Positions 40,001 to 54,164 of a DNA stretch of 64,000 bases are shown here, piece after piece. A program made the position numbers and the translations under genes. The DNA lies in contig JBITNC010000001.1 of NCBI GenBank assembly GCA_050084985.1, positions 31,682,001 through 31,746,000 on the forward strand, given 5' to 3'. The notes beneath the pieces were generated by a model. It was not told where the DNA came from. It made no database searches and saw nothing but the letters and a program-made list of their open reading frames with translations. The stretch comes from Nageia nagi (taxonomy: Eukaryota; Plantae; Pinophyta). The stretch's first letter is position 1, and every line of letters begins with the position of its first letter.

Positions 40001-41700
40001 TTTGGAAAAAGCTTCAGACTTATGTTTTAAGAAATAAACCCAAGACATCCTAGAATAATCATCAATGAATGTCATAATATATCTATTACTAGCTGTAGAA
40101 GGTATAGAAAATGGACCACACAAATCGGAATGAACTAGTTCAAGTTTTCTAATGGCTCTCCATTAGGAATTTATAAACAGTTGCTTGTGGTGCTTTCCTA
40201 GGATACAAGCTTCACAAGGGGCAATGTTCCTAGGTATTGTAGGCAAACCACTAAAACCTCATTTCTTTAAAAGACATAGGTCATCAAAATTAAGGTGCCC
40301 AAATCTAGCATGCCACAAAAGACTTGAGGGAAGTGTACCTTTTTCTTGATGTGTAAGGAATACAAATTCCTTCGATCGAACAAAAGCACTAGAGAGTTTC
40401 AATAGCTTTCCATCTTCCAAACCAAGCATCACAACTTTGTTGTCAAGAGATTGTTGTATTTCCACCTTGCCATCGAACATATGGATGGTATGTCCTTATT
40501 GTTGAAAAAGAATAAGGCAAAACAAATTTCTCCTCAATTCTAGAAGATAAAGTACATTTTGAAGCACAAAATCTAGAAATCTTGGTAGTTTAAGCCTGAT
40601 TGAGCCAATTCTAGATGGCTTAAGTTTTGATCGATCTGCAAAGTAGACTGCACCATTAATATCTTCATTCAATTCTTCAAAGAAATCCCTCCTGAAATTC
40701 ATATGACATGTTGCTCTTGTATCAAGCAACCATGCATCTTCCCATGATGCATATGAAGTATTCATTAGGTCACTAAGACCAATGTTACATTTAACTGTAA
40801 CAAAATGAGTGGATGCAGAGTTCTTACTCTAATCACCTTGTTGCTCTTTCTTTTCAACAATTTTCTCCCATGGAATGCGACATGTAGTAGCTTCATGGCC
40901 TTTTCTATTGCATTGAGTGCAATATAAATTTGACTTCTCCCTTTTATCTCCATGACCTCCTTGATTTCTACCTCCTCTACCTCTAAAATTTTTTTGACCA
41001 CGACCTCTATTGCTACTATCTGCATAAGAAGCATCATTCTTCTCTGACTGAGCATTGTAAACAATATCTAAAGCATCATTGGTCTTCTTTCCAAAAGCTT
41101 TTTCATGCTTTGCAATCTTTTCTGATAAAGTTTTAAAGGTGAGGGTGGCTAATTGTCCACTCGCTTGAAGTGATTCAAGATAAGTTGAGTATGTGGGATA
41201 GAGAGCTTTGATCAAGGCTGCAAGAGAAATATCAATTTCAACACCTGTAGCCTCGATATCATACATTATTGCACTAATTTCTAAAATAAGTGCTATGGGA
41301 TCATTATTCTGCAACTACAAATTGAAGAGCTTTAACTGAAGTTGGATGAGTTCCAATGCTAAATGAGAGTCATACAACTCTTTTAACTTTTCTAGTGCAC
41401 TCCAAGCATCATCAATTGAATTGATATGTCGATTAACTTCTTTAGATATAGAAGCAGCTATTAGAGCATACACTTTGCAATTCTTCATGTTCCAAACCAT
41501 GAGCTCTTTGTCATTAGTTGGTTTGATGGGTTTGGTTTTTCCATCGCATATACCTTCCCAAAAATCATTGAAGATGAGCGTATATTTTATCTTCCTATAC
41601 CATTCTGACCAATTGTTTTGACTAGTCAAAACAACCCCAATAATGCTTACTAAGGAATGCATTTTGTAAGATGAAAAGTTGCAAAGTCACAAAAGAAGTA
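37053..41700 (-). mobile_element. Ty1/copia retrotransposon, best-preserved coding region in the window; only the 3' LTR found
   Basis: LTR 37053-37430 (tgtta...taaca), PPT complement ttcccccctt 37431-37440. Gag with CTQCNRKGHEATTC knuckle, protease WLLDTRATCHM, LWHARFGHLN, integrase CGP..FIDDYSR, RT HQMDIKIAFLNG/LYGLKQAP, RNase H YSDSNF. Several stops and frameshifts. Confidence 0.97.
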
Positions 41701-44700
41701 TATAATTTACTATATTTGAAATATAAACAATCTTTGCTCAAACAAGGCAAAATAGAGCAAGATGATGTCAAATATAGAAATTTACAAGTCTAAATTGATC
41801 CACATGCGATCGATGCATTCACGAATATGTTGCTCAACAACCATTGGTGGATGGATATAATCAGGATCAAAGTTATCTCTCTCTCTTTCTTCAACTGGTG
41901 TAGCTGAAGATATCCAGAATCCTGAATCTAACTTGGAGGCTAGAATATTGAGATTAAAACTTTGATCAACTGGTGCAACTGCTGGAGTATTAAGGATAGA
42001 GAGCATGAGGATTCAATGGTTGAGTAGAATGTAAAGTAATAGTTACAAGTGGGTAACTTTTCTTCCTTCATGAAAATCACTAAAAGAGTGCTTCTTGAGG
42101 GAATTGAAAAAGTTTTGGAAGTGGATTACTTGATAGACAAGATATAGTAAAGTAAAGTTAATCACTTTGGTTCATGGAGATAAAATCTATGAGATCTTTT
42201 TCTATGAATTTTTGAATGTATTTCTGAAATGGATAATCAAATGAAAATATTTTCAAACACACATTCTTATTCTATGAATCAAATGGGATAAAGAGAATTT
42301 GCTACAACTAGAACAATCAACATAGTCTTAGACTCAAAAAAGTTGATGAGTGGGTATATAATACCTTAGGCATGTATACCACCAAATTTGTACTTCAAAA
42401 CTAGGTTTCATGAGAAGAAGGAAGAGAAAAATATTTAGGATTCTTAGGAAAATATTTTTAGAAAACCTTACACAAATCTATAAATGATATCTAATTGAGC
42501 AAGGGGCTACCCTGAACACTCTCTCCTATTTGTAAGGGGAAGGTACTCGAGGGGATAGGGGGAAAATATGGCAAGAATAAGAATTAATTAAATTAATATA
42601 GGGTAAGGAAAGGGTACAAGGGGAAAAAGATGTGATGATTGGAAAGGGGAACTTATAAAAAAAAGGATAGGATCAAGAAATAAGTGATGAAATTCAAGAA
42701 GAGAAAAGTATACAAAGATGAAGAAATAAGAGGTAGCAAGTTCAAATGCAAGTTCAACTGTACTACTAAACTTTTATGACAACACATTACAAGATCAACA
42801 ATAGAGGGATAGAGAAAAGAGGAGATTACAAATGGAGATAGATATGAATAGGAAATAAAGTTCACTATTAGGACTAGATTTGGAAGATGACATAGCAAAT
42901 GTTCAAGAATTGGTAGATGATTGCATGGAAAGTGGATGATATATCAAGAAAGGAAAAATTGAAGATAGGATTAATCCTAAATCGATGAAAAATAAGAACA
43001 CCATTGAGGAGATACTAATTTATGAACTATGACCATCAACAACACTAGTGAACACTTAAGGAGATAGGACTATAGAAGGAATCATAGTAGTAAAGAAACA
43101 TACAAAGGAGTATGAGGATACCTATTTTGTACCATTTGTAATCTTAGTTGAAACTTCAAAAGGAGAACTCCTCTCAAATCTATTCGATAGTATATTAGAT
43201 AATATCATTCAACCTTTCATCAACTAATCAAAGGAGATCACTGATAGAGATACTGAGAACATAGTAACCATAGCTAGGATAGAAGAACCCATATTAACTA
43301 ATTCTAGACCTCAAGCAATTGATATCATTGAACCTATACCTAAACACCATGAATACCAAATAAAGGAAACCCTATTTTAGCTAATTAATGCTTCCTATTG
43401 ATGAATTAGGAGAGTAATAGGGGCTATAATCATTGATTTTTTCTTATGCATCTCACCACACAATATTAATGAATACCAAAAGAGGATGGATAAGAGTTAG
43501 AACATCTAGTCTTACATAGCTTGATAATAGAAAAAGTAATAGAAACCCTTGAATAGCCAACAAATGTAGTAACCCCTAAAAATACAAAAAGAGATATAAT
43601 ACCCTTTTCCCACAAAATAAATAATAATATGACCTTTACCAATTCCCCCATAATTTCTCCCTACTCCTCATTCTACTAGATGACCTTGAAGTTTTAAGAA
43701 GTTTTACCGCTCTCTTTAAGTGACCCTAAACTCAAGGATAGTCCTCGAATCCAATATAGAAGAAGTGGTAGAACCTACATTTAAGAATATCTTTGAGGTT
43801 ATAAGTGAGAATTATTTTGATATACAATTAAAAATGGACCAACTTAGAACTTCCAACCAACATCATTAGAAGACAATACCGAACCCTTGACCTAATAGAT
43901 AGTGACAACATAACCCCTTACCCTAGCAACAATAACACCAACAATAATAAATGATCACTTCTACCAAAATATATATCTTTCAAAAAGATAACCATAATAC
44001 AAAGGAGCATTTATTTATAGTAGAAAATGATTAGAAAAGGTGATGTGTTATAGATGAGGGTACATTTGCTATCGAGTTTACAACTACACTACATGATGAA
44101 GTACTAAAATGGTATATGAAATTTATAGATCTTCCCCAAGGATGAACAAAGAAAATATGGAATGAGATTAAAATAACTTTTGAAGTTGAATATCATTTTA
44201 TAGAATTTGGACTAAAAAGCATAAGTAAAATGTGTGAAATGATCATGGAACCTAGGGAAATGGTACATGAGTATGATAAAAGGTTTAAGCAACTCAAAGG
44301 GTACTTCAAGAATAAATGATAGAGAAACAAAAAATCAAATGGTTCATTTTTAGATTATAACCAAAATTCAAGAGATCAATGAAAATATATACCCAACATA
44401 TATTGGAGCTTTACAAGTGGCAATCAAGATTGAATCTCAACCTTGATGAATAAACACTATTAATGATGGCTTATCAAATCAACCAATGAAATTAATGAAA
44501 TAAATCGGTAAGCTATCAGTGCAAGGGGAATATACCATACATCCATAGCATAGAGAAATTTGGTGCCAACTTTGTACCAAAGAAGGACATCTACCCAACA
44601 AGTGCCCAACACTTCAAAAATCTAATCAAGAATATTACCAATCCTATCAGATATTAGGAATTCATAATACCAAATATTTCCCAATGATCAGTGTTTGAAA

Positions 44701-45531
44701 CTATGGTATAGATAGACAAACAAGTTATTGAACCTATAGATCCTAGAACCATTAGACTCACCAATGTCAAGGTAAGGATTTCTTAGATGAAATTGAAAAA
44801 TATTTACATATGAATCCATGAGCATTAACAACATAATAATATCAAGAGTCAAAATTCTAGGCTATCAAAAAAATACAGACACCATTCATTAATGAGTCAA
44901 AAGTTACATATATTCTCATTATTGCCTTTTCCCAACAATAAAAACCATGAGAATAATACAATACACCTAACAACCATCATGATAACTAAGGAGGCAAACA
45001 TAGGAGAGAGAGAACAAATACTAAGGATACCATGGTGGTAGAGGGAGCCATCGACCCTAATGTTTTAACTATGGCAATATTTCCCATCTATAATATTACT
45101 ATCCATATATTTAGGCATTTTTGAGGTGCCAATTTTTCCAAATGATGAACAACCATAGTTTCATACAATTCCCTAGATTATTAGAATACATGTAGGCTAT
45201 AATGTCAAAACTTGATAAGAATAACAATTTGAATGTGAAAGTTTCCCAATGGGTACCATTTGCTGCTAATTCTAGAGCTTCTCTAGCTAAAACAAACTCT
45301 CTAGATAACCTAATACACTCAACTTCAATCTTAAGAGAATAAACCACTTGAGATATACCATCTATATGTATAACAACTTGGTTAGGAGAAAATAAAATAG
45401 GTTTCATTGAACTAGTAGTACAACAAATTATACTAGAACCAAAATATTCAAATCTAGAACAACATCATGATATTATTCAAACAACCCAAAAAATCATTTA
45501 GATATTACAAAAGAAAGGTTATCAAGTAATT

Positions 45532-46512
45532 GGGTAAGTGCAAGAAGATGAGTCCCACGTTTGGCCAAAAAGTGGGTGTTTTCCTTGATTTTTAGGTTTT
45601 CTTATAATTGGTCTCAAAATTTGAAGTAGTTAGAGTTCGATTCTTGAAAAAGGTCACTTCAGTAAGAATTTAGTTCTTGAAGTATAGTTTTAAAATATAT
45701 ATTTTATTCTAATACCTAAATGATATAAATTAATATTTAGTAGGCATGTTTAAAAGCCATTGCTTAAAAAATACAATTTTAGGACCATACCCCCATTGTG
45801 TCCAACAAGCATAATTAGACTTAAATTAAAATATAATTTAAAATCCTTATAGAAAAAGATACATATGACACTAACTATCATGGAGGATATCTTTAGTAAT
45901 TTTTTCATGAATATTTTACTTTTTATTAATTTTGTATTGATCGTGATTACCATTTCGAAAATTGCTCATGTCTGGCAAGCATAATTTGACCTAAACTTAT
46001 CTATTTTAAATTTTTTTTTATCTTATGAATAATTGTATGAAGATTGTGCACATATATTATTTTTTACACAATTCCAAAAAATAAAAAGTTATTAAACAAA
46101 TACAAAACCCACTATTTTAAAAATACAATTTTAGGACTATACCCATCATGTCCATCAAGTATAATTGGACCAAAATTAAAATATGTTTTTTTTTTAAATC
46201 CTTTTGGTTAAAGATACCTAAAATGCTAAATATTATGGAGGATAATTGTTTATATTTTTTCATGAATATTTTATTTTTTATTAGCCATGATTATCATTTC
46301 AAAAAATGCTCATGTTCGATAAGCATAATTTGAATAAAACTTATAATTTTTAATTTATTTTTTATTTAACTTTTGAATAATTGTATGTAGATTGTGCATA
46401 TATATTTTTTTCATAATTCCAAAAAAAAATTAAAAGTTATTAAACAAATACAAAAACCTTAGTAGTTCATAAGACTTCCTCCAAAGTGGGACTCATTTTC
46501 TTACACTTACCT
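45532..46512. mobile_element. Non-autonomous TIR element (MITE-like) with internal 353-bp tandem duplication
   Basis: About 32-bp TIRs gggtaagtgcaagaagatgagtcccacgtttgg / ccaaagtgggactcattttcttacacttacct; flanks aatt / aact. Internal duplication anchored at aaaaatacaattttagga (about 45767 and 46119). Confidence 0.9.
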
Positions 46513-48846
46513 AACTCAACCACAAATATCTTTGCAACACCTAACAGAAGAAGAAAATACCCTATTAAAAAGGTTCTATGAATTCATCAAGAAAGGTCTA
46601 TTACAAAAATTGACACAACTATCCAAATATTGAAATAAGAAACACATTGAGAAATGAGTATGTAAAGCACTAAAAAACTAAAAAAAGAAACCCATACTGA
46701 TCGAAGTTGTAATGAATGGTAAACTTTCAAAGAATGTTATGCTATATTTAAGGGTTGATATAAACCTCTTGCCTTCTAGAACATGTAAACAATAGGATGC
46801 CCTTCCTTAGAACCAACATAATATAAAATTTTACTAGTTGATGGCTATTTATTTTGATCCTTAGAACTATTGCAAGATATGTTAGTTTTCTTTCTAGGGA
46901 TCACTTCACTAGCTACATTTGATGTGATTGATATTAATGATACCACAAATTTAGAATACACCACTTTATTATATCTATAATGGTTCATAGGTAATAATGG
47001 AATTATAAATGATTAAACCTATGAGTTGATCCTTTCTAATGATGACTATGAAGTAAACATTCTATTGAATAAAGGCATGAGTAGAGCATATACCGAAGCA
47101 CAAAACTAAAGCAATGATAATAGAAGCAGTGATTGAAGTGGTTTGATGGGTTTAAATGACCTATACACTATAACTATTAGAAAAGAACTAAATGAATTTT
47201 TGTATTACATTAACTCCATAAAGGATGGTTAATTAACTTTCCATAATGGTTCCTCCAAGATTGACTCCAAGACAATTGTAATGATGTGGAACATAGGGAA
47301 CCATGAATTACATTCCAAAAAAGCATGCCAAACTACATTAGTTGAGTATACTAAATCTGAAAATAAGTATATCAAGAGAAACTACCAAATTCAATGACAC
47401 CATGGAAATAGTTCCTCTCCATGAATTTTTAGAAGGCATGGTCAAAACCTTCCCTTACAAAGAAGATAAAATTAATGCATTTAAAGATATCCTCATTGGA
47501 ATAACCGCAAGATGGTGAGGAACATATCAGCCAAACCTAACATCATGGTACAAGGTAATGTATCACATATCATTACATTTCATTACTCCACATGCAATAA
47601 TAAATATTATGGATAAGTATATAGGTGATATAGACCCTATAAAGCACATCACACTTTACGAATCAATTTGAAAAAAATATACCAATCTTTAGCTTGACAC
47701 TTGGGTACACATATTCCATTAGACATTAGTCACTATTCCACATGCTTGGTACATACACCAAGAACTCCAAAGAGAAATAATTAATTAGGATATAATACAA
47801 GCAACATTCATCTACATGTTTAAATTCCAAGATGACCATATTTCAACCCATAAATATTTATTACAAATAAAAACTTTTCTACTCATTGAATCTCCTATTA
47901 CATGGGTAACCTATTCCAAAATAGCGCAACCTATAGTGACACAAATAACTATACACCCCTTACCAATGATCAACAATGCTCCCAAAACACTAAAGCAAAT
48001 GAATCTAGAGGAACTAGATGATAAACCAAAGAATCTTAATTATAAAGCTGAGGAAGGTGAAAGAGAAGTGATCATGGAGAAAAAATGAAATCCAAATATA
48101 ATGAATAAATTAAAATAATATAATTAAATATAAATATAGATGTAGAACCATTAATGGCTATAATAGGAAACTATTAGACTAAATAAAATGTAAACAAAAT
48201 TATGAAAATATTAGTTGAATACCAATATCTATTCCCATGAAATATGATGGAACTATGGAGAATGAATGAAGAAATTAGAACCATTCAAAAAATATTAAAA
48301 CTCAACTATAAACCACAAAAAAAGATCATATCAGTTGAACCCAAATTATAAAACACAAGTAAAAGAGACACTAGACAAAATGTTGGAAGTAAGCATCATA
48401 TCACTCTTCGATAATACTAAATGGATTAGCCCTATGGTAATCTAACATAAAAAGATAGGGGATCTAAGCATTTGTGTATACTTTCAAGAAGTTAATAAAG
48501 CTTTTTAACATAATCATTTCCCCACACTATTCATAAAGGAAACCTTAGAAAATGTTGCTAAAAATGAATTATACTCTTTCATTGATGGTTTTTTTGGATA
48601 TTACCATGTCCAAATTGGAAAGGAAGATCATCCAAAAATAACATTCATAACCAAGTGGGAATCATTCATGTATAACATTATGCTATTTGAACTTAAAAAT
48701 GCTTTAGACATCTTTCCTACATTATGATCCATGCCTTTTAAGATTTTATCCATGACTTTCTAGAGGTCTACTTGGACAATTGGATAGTATATGGCTTAAT
48801 GAAAAATCACATCCAAGAATTAAGACTAATGTTTGAACACTTTAGA

Positions 48847-50650
48847 TGTTATTCTTATAGAATTACACTCTAAGGGGTAATATTCTTTATATTCATTATT
48901 CTTTCATTCATTCATTCTTCTCTCCTAATAAAACTTATTCTATACTTCCCATTTCTTATTTCCCTTTGTCTCTAAATTGTAAATAGTTATGTAAGTTTAG
49001 TCTTGAGTATGAATTTTACATAGTTAGTATTTGTATCAAGAGTCTTATGTTATATGTGCCATTAGTCATGGCTTGGTATTGTTTAAGGTAGTTTTGGGTT
49101 ATGTTCATATTATTAGGTATTATTGAAAAGAAAGTCATTCAAAACTGCCATTTTGTTATAAGGCAAGTATTGTTTGTACAAAGTTATATGAGTCATGTCT
49201 AAGTTAAGTTTATAAGTCATATGCTGAGAAGAGTCCATTCTATGAAAATTAGATAATTCATTTTTGGTAAGTATTTTCTATAAACTCTATGTATTTTACT
49301 AAATCAATTCTAGGCCCTATTGCAATTCTAGTTGCTTATGTTTTGGTCTAGTGTAGTTTGGGTATTAGTTTTGGGCCTTGTATGTAAGTGTTGGCTTTTG
49401 GTTAAGGTCAAGTAGCGAGTAGTGTTATAAGAATCAATATAAATTGAACCCACAAAATTCTAATGGTGACATCACATTTTTGTGTAAGGATCAATAGGCA
49501 TTAGACAACTTCATCAATGGGTATTCCAGATAGACTTCATGATGGGAGATCTTGATAACTTATATTCAAAAGAACCCACCATTTTTGAGTGATGATGTCA
49601 TATTTTTAGGATAAATAGGTGATGATAAGTTCTAAAAGCATCTCAAGTTTCAATAATCCCCACTAATACATAAAGAGACCCACTAAGGAAAAATAAAGAT
49701 TATAAAAGGAGGTGAACACCCAAGTCCACTTAATCAAGAGTGTATGACCCTAGGTACTTTATCAATGTGTCAACTGCAACTCATTTCTATGTGGTATTAG
49801 TAGTTCAATCTCAAGTTTGAATGGTTACATCTTCCTTCACCCTTACAATATTCAACACTAGGACTATAGAAAAAAAACATTTAATGGTTGCAAAGAGTTA
49901 GATGCCCACTTATTGCTGAGACATCTTGATTGTACTCATAGAGATGGTGAACAATACCCTATAAATTCAAAATAGTTCTAGATGGACCATGGTCAAAGAA
50001 AAAAATGATGGAATATGATTGGATAAGTATAAATATTGAAGGTCTACAAATTCCAAGAATCAATGCTGCATTAAGACCATGGTCCATAATTAGTTACAAT
50101 TATAGATCCTTCTATACATATTGTAAATATTTGTGTTTATTTTGTTCTTATTCAAATAATTAATTTAAAGTTATTAATGGTGAACAACCACCCATTGTAT
50201 ATAGAACATTATAAATAGTAAACTGTTAAAAGTCCAAAAGGTCAAAAATTTTAACAAAGTTTCCCAGTGTTAGAACTATTTTCATATATGATAATGCAAT
50301 ATTATGGTATTTTTCCCTTTGTATTGTATGGTTGTTATCTTATTTTGTAATTACTATGTATGAACCTTTATCTAAAGCTGTGACTATGTATTACAATTAT
50401 AAGACCCCAAGAGTGAGATAGTTATTATATTCTTAGTATTGGATGTGGATTACTACTTGTGTATTGATGCCAAGGATGAATAATTTAGTCCTTTTTCATA
50501 GATAGGGATTGGCTTATAACCCAAAGGTTGAGTAGAAAATCCCACAAGTGCACTTTCCCACCATATTTTGATCATTCAAGAACCTTGTTGTTATCAAGTA
50601 ATGGAGAACTTGCCATAACAAACCCTTAGGTTACATCATCCTGATCAATA
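48847..50650. mobile_element. Solo LTR (about 1.8 kb) inserted in the gypsy RT
   Basis: tgtta...atcaata termini with taga(t) on both sides. The RT frame MFEHFR|*LQILLN rejoins across it. Homologous along its length to 54165-59540. Confidence 0.85.
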
Positions 50651-53600
50651 TAGATAACTACAAATATTACTTAATTTTAAAAAAGCCTCTTTGCTATACT
50701 ATATGGAGAGCTACTAGAGCATATAATCTGTAAGGAAGGATTGATGGTAGATCCAACAAAGATTACAGTACTAGTGAACATACTCCCACCTAAAATAGTA
50801 AAAGAAGTATTATTTTAGGATTGATAGGTTACTATAGGAAGTTCATCAAATATTATGCATCTTTATCCACCCTATCGATGACTCAACCAAGAAAAATTGA
50901 CCATTCTATCAAGGTCAAAATAATGCCAATAAAACTTTGATCTATTCAAAATCAAATTATCTAAATCCCTAATAATAATATTTCTTGATTAGATGAAGGA
51001 ATTTCATGTACAAGTAGAGGTGAGTATTGATGCAATTAGAGCTATATTGGTATAACCTGGTGAAGGTAGGATTGACCATCAAACTTATTTTACTAGCCAT
51101 AAAATGGCACATGCAAAGAAGAATTATATGGTGACCCAAAAAGAAGCACTAGCCATGGTATATGCTTTTCAAAATTTTTATCATTATCTATTAGCTATAA
51201 CATTTATTTATTTTTATAGATCATGAGGCTCTAAGATATCTTCTCAATAAATCTATCATTCAAGGAAGGATCTATTGATGGTTATTCTTATTCCAAGAAT
51301 TCACCTTTAAAGTTATTGCTAAAGTAGACAACTTAAATATGATCCCATATATGTTATCAAAAATTGATAATGGTGAAACCTCAAAAATTGATGATGAATT
51401 ATCAAGAGCTCACTTTTTTGAGTGGAATAATTCCCAAATTATCTAGAAGAAATTGTATCCTTTTTTACTTCTAGATAATTCCTTGATGGCTTATCTTCAA
51501 AAGAGCAAAGAAAACTACTCATTAAAGAAATACCATACACCCTTATAGCAGGTGAACTCTAAAAAATTAGTATGGATTGAATAATTTGACATGTAGCTCT
51601 CTCACATGAACATGATGATATTCTTAGGGAAGCACATGGTGGTATAGCTAACAATAATTTTTATGGTGATCTAGCAAGTAAAAAAGTATTACAAGTCATT
51701 CTATGGTGGTCCATCCTCCATTGTAATTACCACTTTGATGCTAAGAGTTGTGATATCTATCAAATAATTAACTAGCCATCCTCCAAGGATGAACTCACAC
51801 TTCAACTAGTACTACCCCTACAACCATTTGAAAAGTGGGTGATCAATTTCATCGATTTGATCTTACCTCCAACATGTAAGTCAAGGGTAAGATATATTAT
51901 TACTAAGGTAGAATATCTTACTCTATAGGAAGAAGCAGAAGTAGTTAAATATAGTATAACACTAACATCATCTAAGTTCATATATGAAAATATAATTACA
52001 AGGTTTGGATGTACAAAAGAAATCATAAGAGATCAAGGGAAGCATTTTATCAATCACATTATTAATGAATTAGTTAGTAAGTTTATGATTCTATATAATC
52101 AAAGCTCCCCATATCATCCATAAGAAAATGTATCCATCAAAGTGATAAATAAAATTCTTAAGAGAACATTAACAAAAAATGTATCAATCAGAAGGTTAGA
52201 TTGAGAAGAAAAATTACCAACCATACTTTGGGCATACAAAATAACTTATAAAATATTAAATAAGAAAATACCATTTAAACTAGTTTATGAACTTCAAGCA
52301 ACAGTCCCTATGGAATTCCAAGTCCCATCATTAAGAATCACCCTCATAACATGACTTAATAAAAATTACTCACTACTAGAATAATGTTTTACTCTTAATC
52401 AGTTGGATGAAAATTGATGGATAGACTTATATAACCAAATTCCAAAAAGAAGTGATAGAAAGCTTGACATAGTAGACACAATAAAAATAAAAAATTTAGA
52501 ATTGATGACCAAGTTATTCTATATGATAGTCAGTATAAACATCAAGAATGTTAGACAAATAAATTTGATTGAATTTTGTGAATGAATATAGATTAAAGCA
52601 GCACACTCCTCACCAAGATGTAGGATTCGACTAACGACACATAAGAGATAACTCAAAAATGTATTTATATTATAGTAGAATAGATTAGTTATATTACATA
52701 GTTAAAATTTCTTTTCACTAGTTATTTCTTTTTATATCCTGAAAAAATACATCTCACCCAAAATCTTATTAAGTTGGGGAGTATATAGGGGTCAAAACTA
52801 ATCACAAAATTAGTATCAAAACTAGCCAAAAATACACATCTCCCACATCTATAAAATAAAAATGATACCATGATACAACTTATAGCCTTACAAAAATTGG
52901 TGAAAAACCACCTCCACTAGCCATTCCATCACTTCTTCTTATTGGAGGGGAGATGAAAACCAGGTGCAACTCCCAAATGGTGTTAAAATTCATTTCTTGC
53001 AATAGCACCAATAATGTAGTAACCACTCTTGATAACTCCACCTCTTCCTAATATTTTTGATGGTGCTCTATCAATAATCTCAACATCTACTCCAATTCTA
53101 CATCTAAAATTCTATCACCCTCAAGAAACTATATTATTATGGCCTCTAGTTCCATCACTCAAACCATAACAAAATAGATTGAGAAAAATACAATACAAAG
53201 CAATAGAATATTAATCCTATAACATGAATTTATGGTAAAATTTGACTATAAAAAATAACCCATATGCATTAAGTAGAAGTTATTCCCTGACCTTTGCATG
53301 CGATATTAAATCAAAGCATAAGCATAAGATTTAAATTACCTTGGAATCTTAAATATGGATTACATGGTATTTTAATATCACCTTGAGAAGCTAGCCAACA
53401 CAAGTGGGGGGTATAAAATAAGATGCACATAATTAATTTGTAACAAAGTGAACAATACACCACCATCAAAATAATGAATGGATATGGCATACCACCTCAC
53501 CCACCAAAGCATGTCTCTAACACCCATTGAGTGAACCATGATATGAACAACTCGTATGTAATACCACTCACCAAATTTCAACCCTATAACTAGAAAATCC

Positions 53601-54164
53601 CACCAAAGAAATCCTACCATTACATGCGTAATAGTAGAGGAACTAAGTAGTGGAGAGTTACAAAAGCCACAAGTAGAGGAACTATAAATAGAGGCAAAGG
53701 ATATATAATAAAAAAGGAAGAAACCACACCTAATAAACCATGAGAGAGATCAATTTGTGGAAAACTCACTCAGTTACCATTTTATGGAGGTACTAGATGA
53801 GATAGAGAGCATTTATGAATCCATGTTATATATCCATACCATGAAATTGGAGGACCCCAAGGTTTCATAGGTATAATTAGACATAGAAAAGCTAACACTA
53901 GAGTAGTTGAAGCTATTTGACTCAAATGATTTGTTTAACCTATTGAATATGTCAAATTTCTACCCTTATGGGAATGTGGTAAAATTCATTTATAGCCACT
54001 ACCATAATAATATCCTATGGCTAGATAAGCTATATGAAATTACAAATTAAGTGGTCAAATGAGTTATTGAGCTAAAGAGAGAAGGAATCAACCATGATTA
54101 TTTTATGATAAGGAGGGCTCTAGTAAAAGTCTCCATAGTGTAGAATCTCATGGGTGCAAATACC

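Larger units (their letters stand above)
44040..52548 (+). mobile_element. Decayed Ty3/gypsy gag-pol (gag, PR, second gag-like block, RT, RH, INT) with nested insertions
   Basis: Gag LHDEVLKWY (44089), knuckle WCQLCTKEGHLPNKCP (44561), protease-like LIEVVMNG..INLLP (46697), RT YSFIDGFFGYYHV and VYLDNW (48570-48783), HIICKEGLMVDP (50719), RNase H KNY..TQKEALAMVYA (51120), integrase EAHGG, PFEKW, SPYHP, LWAYKITYK. Confidence 0.93.

Noticed and set aside
52549-53200. Another solo LTR starting tgttag right after integrase
   Set aside because: No matching right terminus, TSD or second copy could be located.
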